A stretch of DNA of 64,000 bases from an uncultured Bacillota bacterium (GTDB taxonomy: Bacteria > Bacillota_I > Bacilli_A > RF39 > UBA660). Location of the stretch: the NCBI GenBank assembly GCA_945867665.1, contig CAMBIR010000001.1, positions 30,168 through 94,167 of the forward strand, read 5' to 3'. The notes beneath the pieces were generated by a model, which did not search any database, had not been told where the DNA came from, and saw only the letters and a list, made by a program, of their open reading frames with translations. Shown piece by piece: positions 9,642 through 19,973 of this stretch; within the stretch, counting starts at the first letter, position 1; each line of letters opens with the position of its first letter. The position numbers and the translations under genes are program-made.

Positions 9642-11030
9642 CTATTTTTCTATATCATTTACTAATTTTTTAAAAATATCCCCTCTTTGATAAGCATTTT
9701 TGAACATATCAAAACTGGCACTGGCAGGAGAAAATAAGATAACTTCTCCACTTACTGCTACCTTTTTGGCAACTGAGATTGCACTTTCTAAATCGTCTAG
9801 GACGTAGATTTTTAGACTTCTATTATTTGTTCTTTTTACCTCTTCCATTACGGCGTCATAAATTTTATTTTTGGTTTGGCCAAATAAGATTAATTTTGAG
9901 ACTTTTTCTGTTACTGGTTTTGCTAATGGTGTATAGGGAATGTTTTTATCACTACCGCCTGCAATTAAGACGATTTTTTCAGAAAAAGCAGATAAACCAC
10001 CTAAACATTTATCTGGAGTGGTACTAGCGGAATCGTTATACCATTTTACACCATTTATTTCTCTTACAAATTCAAGACGGTGAGGAACACTAGGAATGTT
10101 TTTTAAAATGGCTTCTAGGTTAGATGTGTCTTTGATAAAGTCTTTGATTGCACTAAGAGCAGCACAGATGTTGATGTAATTGTGTTCTCCCTTTAAAATA
10201 AGCTTTTTTGTATCGATGATTTCTTTTTCTTTATTCCATATTTTGTTTTCTTTTAGGTAATAAGTATCTAAATTTGAATTAGTGCCGAAATAGCGTACTT
10301 CTCCTTCGAATTCATGAGCAAAGTTTTTAACGATTTCATCTTCGCTATTTAAAACGAGAATGCTATTTTTTTTCGCATTTTTAAAGATATATTTTTTGGC
10401 ATTAATATATTCTTCATAACTTCCATGAATGTCTAAGTGATCAGGGCTTATGTTAGTAATAACGGCGATATCTGGAGAGGTTCGCATTCCCATAAGTTGG
10501 AAACTAGATAGTTCTAAAACAACGATATCAGTTTCTTTTAACTGTTCAATTTTTGTAAATAGTGGCGTACCGATATTTCCACCTACATAGACGTTATAGC
10601 CAAGATTTTCTAAGATTTTAGAGACAATCGTAGTTGTGGTGGTTTTTCCTTTACTTCCTGTTATTCCAATTACTTTACAAGGTGCATACTTGATGACTTC
10701 TTCAACTTCCGTTGTGATGTAGCATCCCCTACTTTCTTCTTCTTTTAAATAAGGATTATTAGGTAAGAGACTGGGGCTTCGGAAAATGATGTCAAATGAT
10801 TTTAAGCCTTCTAAGTAATTTTGTCCTAAGAAACATTTTAGTTTCTTTTCGTTAATTAATTTTTGAATATCTTCGTTTATATTTTCTTTTTCTTTTTGGT
10901 CAAATAAGGTAACGTCGCAATTTTCACGTGCTAACTGTTTTAAAAGGGGGATGTTGCTTACGCCGGCACCTAGTACGGCAATTTTTTTTGTTTTTAGTTC
11001 TTTTTTAAAAAATTCATAGTTTTCTTTCAT
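9642..11030 (-). CDS. murD: UDP-N-acetylmuramoyl-L-alanine--D-glutamate ligase MurD
   Basis: 462 aa. N-terminal Rossmann KIAVLGAGVSNIPL. Mur-ligase P-loop GITGSKGKTTTT. C-terminal Mur ligase domain. Confidence 0.75.
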   Translation of the reverse strand: MKENYEFFKKELKTKKIAVLGAGVSNIPLLKQLARENCDVTLFDQKEKENINEDIQKLINEKKLKCFLGQNYLEGLKSFDIIFRSPSLLPNNPYLKEEESRGCYITTEVEEVIKYAPCKVIGITGSKGKTTTTTIVSKILENLGYNVYVGGNIGTPLFTKIEQLKETDIVVLELSSFQLMGMRTSPDIAVITNISPDHLDIHGSYEEYINAKKYIFKNAKKNSILVLNSEDEIVKNFAHEFEGEVRYFGTNSNLDTYYLKENKIWNKEKEIIDTKKLILKGEHNYINICAALSAIKDFIKDTSNLEAILKNIPSVPHRLEFVREINGVKWYNDSASTTPDKCLGGLSAFSEKIVLIAGGSDKNIPYTPLAKPVTEKVSKLILFGQTKNKIYDAVMEEVKRTNNRSLKIYVLDDLESAISVAKKVAVSGEVILFSPASASFDMFKNAYQRGDIFKKLVNDIEK

Positions 11031-11072
11031 TTTTACACGTCCATTTCTATTTGGTAAAATACTTCTATTGAT

Positions 11073-11384
11073 TTAACTTTTATAAATATCTCTGATGATG
11101 GAGATAGGGATATATTCATTGTCGATAGTGATAAGATTATTTTTATTTCTGGCAACGATTCTTTTTTGTAGGGTATCATTATCGGTAATGATAGTTACAT
11201 CGGCTTTATAGACATAATCAGGAGCATTAAAGATGTTGTCTATTTTTCTATCAATAGAGATATAGTCATATCTTAGATTTTTAGTTTCTTTTTTATTATC
11301 CATACTATTATAGACTTTTTGAATGCTATTTACTGTTTTATTAATTTTATTGTGATACATTTTTGGTAATTCTTTATGATTCAC
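11073..11384 (-). CDS. Hypothetical protein
   Basis: 103-aa ORF between murD and the clpX-like gene. No recognizable motif. Confidence 0.3.
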   Translation of the reverse strand: MNHKELPKMYHNKINKTVNSIQKVYNSMDNKKETKNLRYDYISIDRKIDNIFNAPDYVYKADVTIITDNDTLQKRIVARNKNNLITIDNEYIPISIIRDIYKS

Positions 11385-11441
11385 TTATTTCACCTCATTT
11401 AAGCGTATGATGGGAAATATAATTTATACATAAAAATATGC

Positions 11442-12854
11442 CTAGATTTTGTTATTTTTCTTAATTAAGCGATAGCCTTTAGGATTTTCTTTGGTTACGG
11501 GTTCTAGGATTAATTCTTGGTAATCGTTAGGTTCTTGGCTAATTAGGGCCATTGGTTCTTTGAATACTGCTTCAACACTTCCAATTAGTCCTCTTGCTCC
11601 GGTGTTCTTTTTGAAGGCATTATGCGCGATTTGTTTTATTGTTGTATCATTAATACTAAGAGTAATTCCTAATTCATTTAAAAGATGTTTTTTTTCTTCT
11701 AGTGTTTGGTTATTTTTGTTTTTTAAAATTTGAATTAAATCATCTTCGGTTAAGGGGTTTAGTTCGATAATGTTAGGAAGTCTACCTAATAATTCTTTTT
11801 TTAGGCCAAATTGATATAACTCTTCAGTAGTAATCGGCGTAGTTTCTTTAGATGCATGATTATTTTTAAAACCAATTGTTTTTGCAGGCTTTCCTCTTTT
11901 TTCTAATAGTTCAGTAAAAGCACCTGAGGCAATTACGGTGATGTTTTTAGTACTCATCGTTTTGTAGTTTGGTAGCATTTCTGTTCCAAGGTTAACGGTG
12001 TACTCGCCATCTTCTAATAATTTTAATAATTCATCTTGAACGCCGCCACTTCCTACTTCATCAACTTTATTGGTGCTATTGCTAGAACTTTTTTTATCAA
12101 TTTCGTCTAAAAAGATGATTCCCCGGCTAGCGGATGAGAGATTGTTATTTGCTTTTTTTAATAGTTTAAGAAGAATATCATCAACGTATTTTCCAACGTA
12201 TCCACTAGCGGTTAAGCTAGTGGCATCGGTAACTACGGTTGGAACATTTAGTCGTTTGGCGATATTTCTGATAATTTCTGTCTTGCCAACGCCGGTAGGG
12301 CCAATTAATAAGATATTATTTTTTACGTTGCTTCTGGTATTTTGCCAAAGAATTGAGATGATATCTTCAATTGCTTTATCTTGACCAATAATAGTATCTT
12401 TTAATTCTTGGACTAGAATTTTAGCGTCAAATAACTCATTTTTCTTTAAGGATAATTTGGCTAGGTTTAAATCGGGTTCAAAGACAGTTTGTTTTTCATT
12501 TTTACAATAGAAGTTTATTCCTTCATAGTCACCTGCGTAGGGGGTAATGAACTGATAAGTATTTTTTTTGATGGCATTAAAGTAATCTTTTGCATATTCC
12601 TTAATTAAGACAAGTGGATGTGTAGTTAGTGTATTTTTTGATTCTTTGGTAAAAATAATTCTTTGTCTAAAACCATAACCATATTTTTTTTCTGGGGTTA
12701 GCATATAAGGATATTTTTTTCCACTTTTGGTGATAAATTCGTTTGTTTCTTCATCTTGGTGTCCAATGGTGATGTGATCTGGTAAATAAGTTATTGTTCC
12801 ATCTTTTTCTTTTTTTCTTCTAAATATTACAGCAATTTCAATTTTGTTTTTCAT
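11442..12854 (-). CDS. clpX: ClpX-family AAA+ unfoldase with a non-canonical N-terminal domain (no Cys4 zinc-binding domain)
   Basis: 470 aa. Walker A LLIGPTGVGKTEI. ...DATSLTASGYVGKYVD... and GIIFLDEIDKK (Walker B) align with ClpX. An IGF ClpP-docking tripeptide (KTIGFKN) is present. The first ~140 aa contain no cysteines. Confidence 0.6.
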   Translation of the reverse strand: MKNKIEIAVIFRRKKEKDGTITYLPDHITIGHQDEETNEFITKSGKKYPYMLTPEKKYGYGFRQRIIFTKESKNTLTTHPLVLIKEYAKDYFNAIKKNTYQFITPYAGDYEGINFYCKNEKQTVFEPDLNLAKLSLKKNELFDAKILVQELKDTIIGQDKAIEDIISILWQNTRSNVKNNILLIGPTGVGKTEIIRNIAKRLNVPTVVTDATSLTASGYVGKYVDDILLKLLKKANNNLSSASRGIIFLDEIDKKSSSNSTNKVDEVGSGGVQDELLKLLEDGEYTVNLGTEMLPNYKTMSTKNITVIASGAFTELLEKRGKPAKTIGFKNNHASKETTPITTEELYQFGLKKELLGRLPNIIELNPLTEDDLIQILKNKNNQTLEEKKHLLNELGITLSINDTTIKQIAHNAFKKNTGARGLIGSVEAVFKEPMALISQEPNDYQELILEPVTKENPKGYRLIKKNNKI

Positions 12855-14601
12855 GACTCTCTTCCTTTAAATATAACCCTAATTCTTCTAATTGTTTTTT
12901 TGATACGGTATTTGGTGCTTCCGTTAATAAGCAAGAGGCACTTGCAGTTTTTGGAAAAGCAATGACATCTCTAATGTTATTGGTATTTGTTAATAACATT
13001 GTTAATCTGTCTAGTCCTAAGGCAAATCCGCCATGAGGGGGAGTTCCATATTTGAATGCTTCCATTAAGAATCCGAATTTGTTTTTGGCTTCTTCGTCGC
13101 TTAATCCTAATGATTCGAACATGATTTTTTGTGTATCTTGGTTATGGATACGAATAGAACCGCCTCCGGCTTCATAGCCATTGATAACGATATCGTATGC
13201 TTTAGCGTAGCAATTAGCTTTGTCTGTTAGCAATTTATCAATATCTTCATCTTTTGGTGCAGTAAATGGATGATGACAAGCAACATATCTATTTTCTTGT
13301 TCGCTATATTCAAAGACTGGGAAGTCGGTTACAAATAATAATTTATAGTCTTCTTCGTTGATTAGATTATTGTCGGTGGCTAGTTTGCAACGTAGAGCCC
13401 CAAGGGAGGTTTTGACAATTTTTTCTTTACCACTTATAAAGAAAATTATGTCATTTTTTTCTAAGTTTAGTTCTTTTTTTAGGTTAGTTATTTCTTCAAT
13501 ACTTAAATTTTTAGCAATGCTTCCTGTTAGGGTATCTTCTACTTTAAGGTAGGCAAGTCCGGTTGCTTTGTAAGTTTTTACGTATTCTGTTAGTTTATCC
13601 ATGTTTTTTCTTGAATACTTATCGGCAGCATTTTTTAAGACGATGGCATTGATAATACCTTCTTCTTTGATTACTTTTTGGAAAAATTCTAGAGAAGTAT
13701 TTTTAAAGATATCTGTAACTTCTTGAATTGGCATTTCAAATCTTAAATCGGGTTTGTCACTTCCGTATAAGCGAATGGCGTCATCGTATTTCATTCTTTT
13801 TAGGGGAAGTTGGATATCAATTCCTTTGATTTCTTTAAAGATATGGGCGATTAATTTTTCTATGACGTTCATGACATCAAATTCATCAACAAAACTAAGT
13901 TCAACGTCTACTTGAGTAAATTCTGGCTGTCGGTCCGCTCTTAAATCTTCGTCACGGAAACATTTGGCGATTTGGTAGTATTTTTCGAACCCACTTACCA
14001 TTAAGAGTTGTTTTAAGATTTGAGGGGACTGTGGTAAGGCATAGAATGATCCTTTATTTATTCTACTTGGGACAAGATAATCTCTAGCACCTTCTGGAGT
14101 AGAACGACAAAGAACGGGAGTTTCGATGTCAATGAAACCGTTATCGTCTAGAAAATTTCTGATACATCTTGTGATTTTAGCTCTTTTCATGATTTTATCT
14201 TTTAGACTTTGTCTTCTTAAGTCAAGGTAGCGATATTTTAATCTTGTATCTTCTAAGGCGGTAGTATCATCTTTAATTTCAAAAGGGGTATCTGTAGCAG
14301 TATTGATAATTTCTACTTCTTCGGTATCGATTTCAATTTCCCCTGTTTTCATGTTCGAGTTTATTTTTTCTCTTTTGTTTACTGTTCCTTTTACTTTTAT
14401 GGCGTATTCATTTTTTAAGGTACTAGCGATTTCATAGGCTTTACTATTGGGGTGAACAATTAATTGGATAAGTCCACTTCTATCCCTTAAATCGATGAAT
14501 ATAACGCCACCAAGGTCTCTTTTTTTTTGAACCCAACCATATAATTCTAGGGTTTGTCCAATATTTTCTTTAGTAATGGTATTGTTTTCTATTGTTTTCA
14601 T
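12838..14601 (-). CDS. aspS: Aspartate--tRNA ligase
   Basis: Class II aaRS with an N-terminal OB fold (FIDLRDRSGLIQLIVHP), QSPQ and FRDEDLRADRQPEFTQ motifs and a C-terminal GLDRL. I place the start at MKTIENN (ATG 14599-14601) preceded by AAGGAAAA. The track ORF extends to 14643 into the leader. Confidence 0.88.
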   Translation of the reverse strand: MKTIENNTITKENIGQTLELYGWVQKKRDLGGVIFIDLRDRSGLIQLIVHPNSKAYEIASTLKNEYAIKVKGTVNKREKINSNMKTGEIEIDTEEVEIINTATDTPFEIKDDTTALEDTRLKYRYLDLRRQSLKDKIMKRAKITRCIRNFLDDNGFIDIETPVLCRSTPEGARDYLVPSRINKGSFYALPQSPQILKQLLMVSGFEKYYQIAKCFRDEDLRADRQPEFTQVDVELSFVDEFDVMNVIEKLIAHIFKEIKGIDIQLPLKRMKYDDAIRLYGSDKPDLRFEMPIQEVTDIFKNTSLEFFQKVIKEEGIINAIVLKNAADKYSRKNMDKLTEYVKTYKATGLAYLKVEDTLTGSIAKNLSIEEITNLKKELNLEKNDIIFFISGKEKIVKTSLGALRCKLATDNNLINEEDYKLLFVTDFPVFEYSEQENRYVACHHPFTAPKDEDIDKLLTDKANCYAKAYDIVINGYEAGGGSIRIHNQDTQKIMFESLGLSDEEAKNKFGFLMEAFKYGTPPHGGFALGLDRLTMLLTNTNNIRDVIAFPKTASASCLLTEAPNTVSKKQLEELGLYLKEESHEKQN

Positions 14602-14785
14602 TATTTTCCTTCTTTCTAATAAAAAGCGCACAAAAGGAAACAAAGATAAAGACGAGATTTCTCCCGCGGTGCCACTTTATTTCACTTAATTTGTGCTCTT
14701 TTTTGATAACGGGATTTCCCGATTTGTTTTTTTACCTATTTGTCACGAGATAGGCTAACAAATAAATATATTTAGTATTATAGCA
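14602..14785 (-). promoter_or_regulatory. T-box riboswitch leader (Asp-specific, GAC specifier) with a -10 TATAAT, upstream of aspS
   Basis: On the minus strand, AAATAAAGTGGCACCGCGGGAG (plus 14661-14680) matches the T-box consensus AGGGUGGNACCGCG. A stem I-like CCTAT-CTCGTGACAAA-TAGG places GAC (Asp) in the specifier position, followed by A. A T-run (GCGCTTTTTATT) lies just before the RBS. -10 gcTATAAT at plus 14777-14784. Confidence 0.5.
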
Positions 14786-14934
14786 TAAATCTATAGTTAT
14801 GTTTTATTTTTAACATAGAAGTAATTTTTGGCGTTATTGCTGGATGATGGAGAACAACTTTTTTATCATATTTAAAAAATAATATTTAAAGGTTATTTTG
14901 AGATAAAATGAAATCTTTTCTTAAAATGGAGATT

Positions 14935-16167
14935 TTAGTTTTTGTTTTCTAATAGTTGTTCTATTGCTGTTTCGATGGCGATTTTTCCATAACTATAGGT
15001 AAGAGAGCCTTGCTGATAGGCAATATATGGTTCTCTTAAGGGACCATCACAAGATAATTCGATAGATGAGCCTTGGGTGAAGGTTCCTGCAGCCATGATA
15101 ACTTGGTCGGTATAACCTGGCATATCCCAAGGAATTGGTTTGACGTTTGCGTCAATTGGGCTTGCTGATTGAATGGCTTGGCAGTAAGTAATTAGTTTTT
15201 CTTTATCATGAAAGATAATATTTTGGACGATATCGGCTCTTTCTTCGTTGTATTTTGGTTCTACTTCAAAACCAATTTTTTCTAGGAGGTAACTGGTAAG
15301 GATGGCTGTTTTAAGGGCTTGCTTTACTACTGATGGTGCCATAAAAAGGCCTAGTAATAATTGTTTATTCATGCCAAGAGATGGGCCAACTTCCCTCCCC
15401 TCACCTGGGACGTTTAATCTTTCGGCACATAAGGTAATTAAGTCTTTTTTACCAACGATATAAGCACCGTTTGAAGCCATGCCAGCCCCTAGGTTTTTAA
15501 TTAAAGAGCCAACAACTAAATCAGCACCTATTTCGATTGGTTCTTTTGTTGTTACGAATTCGCAATAGCAATTATCAACCATAACAATGGTGTTGGGACT
15601 TTCTTTTTTGATTAGAGAAATTACTTCTTCTAAATCTTCAATTAAAATACTTTTTCTAGTGGAATACCCTTTACTTCTTTGAATTTCTATTAATTTAATT
15701 TTTTTCTTCTTCAGTACTTCTTTTATTTTTTCTACATTGAATTGATTTTCAATTAAGTCAATTTGTTCGTAATTGATTCCATACGATTTTAAAGAACTTT
15801 TATTTTCTTTGATGCCAATTACTTCTTCTAGGGTGTCATATGGTTTTCCGGTTATAGAGAGCATGGTATCTCCTGGGCGAAGACAGGCAAAAAGAGCGGT
15901 AGTTAAGGCATGGGTTCCAGAGATGAACTGGCTTCTTACGAGGGCGTCTTCACTTTTAAAGATAGTTGCATAAACTTTTTCAATGGTATCTCTTCCTAGG
16001 TCGTTATAGCCATATCCGGTTGTCATGTTAAAACATGCTTCGGAAACGTTATTTTCTTTGAAAGCGTTTATGACTTTTTTTGAGTTTTCTTCTTCAATTT
16101 TATCTAGGTTTTGATAAATGGTTTGTAATTTTTTTTCTGCGTCGATTATTAGATTTTGATGATTCAT
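14935..16167 (-). CDS. PLP-dependent Cys/Met-metabolism family protein (aluminium-resistance/YnbB-like C-S lyase)
   Basis: 410 aa. The N-terminus ...TGYGYNDLGRDTIEKVYA...SGTHAL and overall architecture match the YnbB 'aluminium resistance protein' subfamily of PLP enzymes. Confidence 0.5.
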   Translation of the reverse strand: MNHQNLIIDAEKKLQTIYQNLDKIEEENSKKVINAFKENNVSEACFNMTTGYGYNDLGRDTIEKVYATIFKSEDALVRSQFISGTHALTTALFACLRPGDTMLSITGKPYDTLEEVIGIKENKSSLKSYGINYEQIDLIENQFNVEKIKEVLKKKKIKLIEIQRSKGYSTRKSILIEDLEEVISLIKKESPNTIVMVDNCYCEFVTTKEPIEIGADLVVGSLIKNLGAGMASNGAYIVGKKDLITLCAERLNVPGEGREVGPSLGMNKQLLLGLFMAPSVVKQALKTAILTSYLLEKIGFEVEPKYNEERADIVQNIIFHDKEKLITYCQAIQSASPIDANVKPIPWDMPGYTDQVIMAAGTFTQGSSIELSCDGPLREPYIAYQQGSLTYSYGKIAIETAIEQLLENKN

Positions 16168-16181
16168 AAGATTCCTTCTTT

Positions 16182-16508
16182 CTATAAAATAAAACGATAA
16201 AGATAATAAAGGATGATGCCTCCTAGAACAATTCCTAGGGCAGTAGAAATGATTTGGTTATCTAAAATGCTTAGGAAGATGTAGGGAATTAAAGAGAGAA
16301 TGGAAATTGGTGTAAGGTATTTTAGCGCGGTAGTTAGGAACGTATAGACAAGGGGAATATTTAAGTTAAAAATGGTATACGAAATAAGTAAAATAATCAT
16401 CATAATTTCTACAATGATTATTTTTTTGATGATAAATTTTAGGGTAGACATTAATATTGGATTCCCCAAATTACGAAATGTTTGGCTTTCTTTCCACAGC
16501 AGACACAA
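16182..16508 (-). CDS. Small hydrophobic membrane protein (hypothetical)
   Basis: 108 aa, 3 predicted TM segments. The ORF start overlaps the proS 3' end by ~58 nt, so the true start is probably an internal Met. Confidence 0.25.
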   Translation of the reverse strand: MCLLWKESQTFRNLGNPILMSTLKFIIKKIIIVEIMMIILLISYTIFNLNIPLVYTFLTTALKYLTPISILSLIPYIFLSILDNQIISTALGIVLGGIILYYLYRFIL

Positions 16509-17878
16509 ACGCTATCGATTGGTTCTTCTTCTAGGATGCATCTAGATTTACAGCCCTTTATTTCTTTGATTTTTTCTTCGCACTTTTCATCTCCACACCA
16601 CATTCCTTTAATAAAGCCTGGTTTTGTATTTAAAATTCTTTCGATATCTTTTAAATTATGAGCTTCAAACGTCAATTCTTCTCTTCTTTTTAAAGCTTTA
16701 TTATACATATCTTTTTGAATGGTTTCTAATAAGGATTTTGTATATGATTTGATATCTAGGTTATTTAGTGATACATTTATTTTTTCTCTGGTGTCTCTTC
16801 TTACAAAAGTAATTTTATTTTCTTCAAGGTCTCTTTCTCCGACCTCAATTCGAATGGGAATACCATTGACCTCAGCTTCAGCAAATTTGAAGCCTGGGGA
16901 CTTTTCAGTATTGTCAATGTATGTTACAATTCCTTCGCTTTGTAACTTTTCTTGATAACTTTTGGCAAGGTCTATTACTTTTTCACTTTTTCCAATTGGA
17001 ATGATGACGACTTGTTTAGGAGCAATTCTTGGAGGTAGGACAAGGCCGTAGTCATCAGAGTGTACCATGATTAGACCACCAATCATTCTTGTTGTGGTTC
17101 CCCATGAGGTTTGGTAAGGATATTCTTCTTTATTTTCTTTATTAGTAAATTTAACGTTATAAGCTTTTGAGAATTTTTGGCCAAAATAGTGGCTGGTTCC
17201 TGATTGCAGGGCTACACCATTATACATTAGGGCTTCGTTGGTAAGGGTGTATTCAGCACCGGCGAATTTTTCTTTTTCGGTTTTCTTTCCTTTAATTGAA
17301 GGAATCGCTAAAATTTCATTATGGAACCAATGATAGACATCCATCATTTGTGTAGTTTCCTTTTCGGCTTCTTCTTTGGTTGCGTGAATGGTATGTCCTT
17401 CTTGCCATAGAAATTCCCTACTTCTTAAAAATGGTCTTGTTTCCTTTTCCCATCTTAAGACATTACACCATTGATTATATAATTTTGGTAGGTCACGATG
17501 AGAAGTGATGTGCGTTTTATAATAATCACAGAAAAGGGTTTCACTGGTTGGTCTGATGCAAAGGCGTTCTTCTAATTTTTTTTCTCCACCTTCTGTTACC
17601 CAGGCTACTTCAGGAGCAAAACCATTTACTAGGTCACTTTCTTTTTCTAATAGAGATTCTGGAATTAATAGAGGCATTTGACAGTTTACATGGCCTAATC
17701 TTTTAAATTCTTTATCTAAAATACTTTGCATTTTCTCCCAAATGGCGTATCCATTTGGTTCAATGACAATACATCCTTTAACGGATGAATAATCGGCTAA
17801 ATGGGCTGCTTTTACAACATCTGTGTACCATTTAGCAAAGTCATTATCTCTTTTGGTAATTGCTTTATTTGTTGGCAT
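16451..17878 (-). CDS. proS: Proline--tRNA ligase, archaeal/eukaryotic-type (no editing insertion, C-terminal zinc-binding domain)
   Basis: 475 aa. Class II motifs, an anticodon-binding domain and C-terminal Cys cluster CGDEKCEEKIK...CVCCGK. The length fits the ~480-aa type found in Clostridia and relatives. Confidence 0.85.
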   Translation of the reverse strand: MPTNKAITKRDNDFAKWYTDVVKAAHLADYSSVKGCIVIEPNGYAIWEKMQSILDKEFKRLGHVNCQMPLLIPESLLEKESDLVNGFAPEVAWVTEGGEKKLEERLCIRPTSETLFCDYYKTHITSHRDLPKLYNQWCNVLRWEKETRPFLRSREFLWQEGHTIHATKEEAEKETTQMMDVYHWFHNEILAIPSIKGKKTEKEKFAGAEYTLTNEALMYNGVALQSGTSHYFGQKFSKAYNVKFTNKENKEEYPYQTSWGTTTRMIGGLIMVHSDDYGLVLPPRIAPKQVVIIPIGKSEKVIDLAKSYQEKLQSEGIVTYIDNTEKSPGFKFAEAEVNGIPIRIEVGERDLEENKITFVRRDTREKINVSLNNLDIKSYTKSLLETIQKDMYNKALKRREELTFEAHNLKDIERILNTKPGFIKGMWCGDEKCEEKIKEIKGCKSRCILEEEPIDSVCVCCGKKAKHFVIWGIQY

Positions 17879-17954
17879 AATTCTTCCTCATTTCTTCTTT
17901 TGTTTAGTGTTATTATACTATAAATATACTGAAAAAAAAAGAGATATTTCTCTT

Positions 17955-18386
17955 TTAAGATAAATAATTATCTTTAATGATATAAACAAATCTTGGTCCT
18001 GTTTTTATAACTAAGATAATTCCAATGATTGTAGCAAGGTAACCAATATAGCCACTTCTTTTATTTCCTACAGATTCTGGAGATAAAAAGTCATAGTATA
18101 GGGTCATCTTTTCTCCAATTTGGATATCTTTGTCATAGTTATCAATGGTGGCATTATAGTTAGAATTGTTGGCTATATAAGATAAGTTTACTGCTCTTTT
18201 TTCAATATCACCATCAACATTTTTAGAAATTGTTACGCCTGTTACCGTTCCTTCGGCACTAATTACTCTTAATTTAAAATTTTCATTTTTTAAAAGTAAG
18301 ATTCCAAAGACAACTAATACGGTTCCTATTATGCAAAGAATCATTACTGGAATATTTAATTCTTCTTTTTTTCTCTGTTTTCCCAT
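17955..18386 (-). CDS. Hypothetical membrane protein (N- and C-terminal TM segments)
   Basis: 143 aa with two hydrophobic helices flanking a soluble domain. Confidence 0.3.
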   Translation of the reverse strand: MGKQRKKEELNIPVMILCIIGTVLVVFGILLLKNENFKLRVISAEGTVTGVTISKNVDGDIEKRAVNLSYIANNSNYNATIDNYDKDIQIGEKMTLYYDFLSPESVGNKRSGYIGYLATIIGIILVIKTGPRFVYIIKDNYLS

Positions 18387-18453
18387 CTTATTCTCCTCCT
18401 ATTTTAAGTATAGCAAATGTGGACTTAAAATTCAAGATATTTATTTCTTAATT

Positions 18454-19818
18454 TTATACTTGAATGAGATTCATAAATTCTTCTTTGATTTCTTCTAGGC
18501 GTTTTTTTTCTTTAGCTTCAAAGCGAGCGGTGATGTTTGGGCCGGTGTTAGAAGCTCTAACTAAAGCGGAACCATCATTGAAGATGACTTTTACTCCATC
18601 GATTAGAAGAATATGGTAGTTTTTTTCTTGACAGTATTTTTTTACTTTTTCAACAACTTGAAATTTAATGTTGTCTGGGGTTTTTATTTTAATTTCTGGG
18701 GTAGAATTATAAAGAGGAATATTTTGGAGTAGTTCTGTTATTGAAAGTTTGGTATTGGATAGGATTTCAATTAATCTTAATCCAGCATAAATTCCATCAT
18801 CGTAGCCATTAAATTTATCACGGAAATAGACATGGCCTGATAATTCTCCAGCGAAGGGATAATTTCCTTTGTAACTTTTTTCTTTGGTATAGGAGTTCCC
18901 TGTTCGGTAGAACTCATTTTCGATATTTAACTTATCTAATTCTTCTTTTAAGGCAAGGGAACATTTAACATCGTAGAAAGTTTTTTTGGCAATGTCTTTT
19001 TTTAAAGAAAGTTGTCTCCAAATGAGAATCATGAATTTGTCGATTGTTAAGAAATTTCCTTCATTGTCAATTACCCCTACTCTATCTCCATCTCCATCAA
19101 AAGCAATACCGACATCTGCATGAAGTTCTTTTACTTTTTGTTTTAAAATACTTAAATTTTCTTCTACTGCTGGATCGGGATGATGGTTAGGAAAATTAGA
19201 ATCACTTACATTAAATAAAGGGGTTAGTTCTAATTTATCTTTGAAGGTATTAAATATTTCGTCTGCGACAATGGAAGTTGTTCCGTTTCCACAGTCATAA
19301 ATTACTTTTAATTTATAATTTCCTAGATGAATATTAGAAGTTATCATATTGATATAATCTTTTTTGATATCCACTGTTTTTACTTCTCCTTTGTCGCTTT
19401 CTTCTGAAAAATCTTTATTTATTATCATTTGATAGAGTTCTAGAGAAGAAGTTCCATAGGCATTATTAATACCATTATATGAAAATTTAAAGCCATTTTC
19501 GTCTTTAGGGTTATGAGAGGCTGTGATCATTATTCCAGATTTGATATTAAGGTAGTCCCATCCATAGTAATACATTGGTGTGGTTACGAGTCCTAATCTT
19601 ACAACATTTACTCCGCATTCGGTTATTCCTTTTACTAATTCTTTTTCTAGATTAGGAGAGCTATATCTATTATCATATCCTACTAGAGTGGTATCTTTTC
19701 CTAGTTTTTTTAATTTAGTAGCGAAGGCTTTTCCTAAAAGATAAGCTAGGGATTCGTTAATATCTTTTGGATATACGCCTCTGATATCATACTCTCTAAA
19801 TATATATTTATTTATCAT
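18454..19818 (-). CDS. Phosphohexomutase (phosphoglucomutase/phosphomannomutase family)
   Basis: 454 aa. FREYDIRG substrate loop, active-site TASHNP, metal-binding DGDGDR and a C-terminal sugar-binding domain. Confidence 0.75.
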   Translation of the reverse strand: MINKYIFREYDIRGVYPKDINESLAYLLGKAFATKLKKLGKDTTLVGYDNRYSSPNLEKELVKGITECGVNVVRLGLVTTPMYYYGWDYLNIKSGIMITASHNPKDENGFKFSYNGINNAYGTSSLELYQMIINKDFSEESDKGEVKTVDIKKDYINMITSNIHLGNYKLKVIYDCGNGTTSIVADEIFNTFKDKLELTPLFNVSDSNFPNHHPDPAVEENLSILKQKVKELHADVGIAFDGDGDRVGVIDNEGNFLTIDKFMILIWRQLSLKKDIAKKTFYDVKCSLALKEELDKLNIENEFYRTGNSYTKEKSYKGNYPFAGELSGHVYFRDKFNGYDDGIYAGLRLIEILSNTKLSITELLQNIPLYNSTPEIKIKTPDNIKFQVVEKVKKYCQEKNYHILLIDGVKVIFNDGSALVRASNTGPNITARFEAKEKKRLEEIKEEFMNLIQV

Positions 19819-19883
19819 TTATTTTCCTTCTTTCTATTTTTATCAATATATCATTTTATAAGGGTGAAGTCAATTAGATAGAA

Positions 19884-19908
19884 GAAAAAAATAGAGCGTT
19901 TATCTCTA
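19884..19908 (-). terminator. Rho-independent terminator downstream of the LysM-repeat gene fragment
   Basis: Minus strand: TAGAG-ATAAACG-CTCTA hairpin (plus 19892-19908) followed by a T7 run. Confidence 0.45.
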
Positions 19909-19973
19909 TTAAAATAAGTCTATTTAGGTCTAATTCTTTTAAAGTATTTTTTATTTTTAAATTTTTCTTTTTG

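Noticed and set aside
16451-17878. Archaeal-type ProRS as a possible horizontal-transfer novelty.
   Set aside because: This ProRS type is widespread in Clostridia and related Firmicutes. The surrounding context is native.
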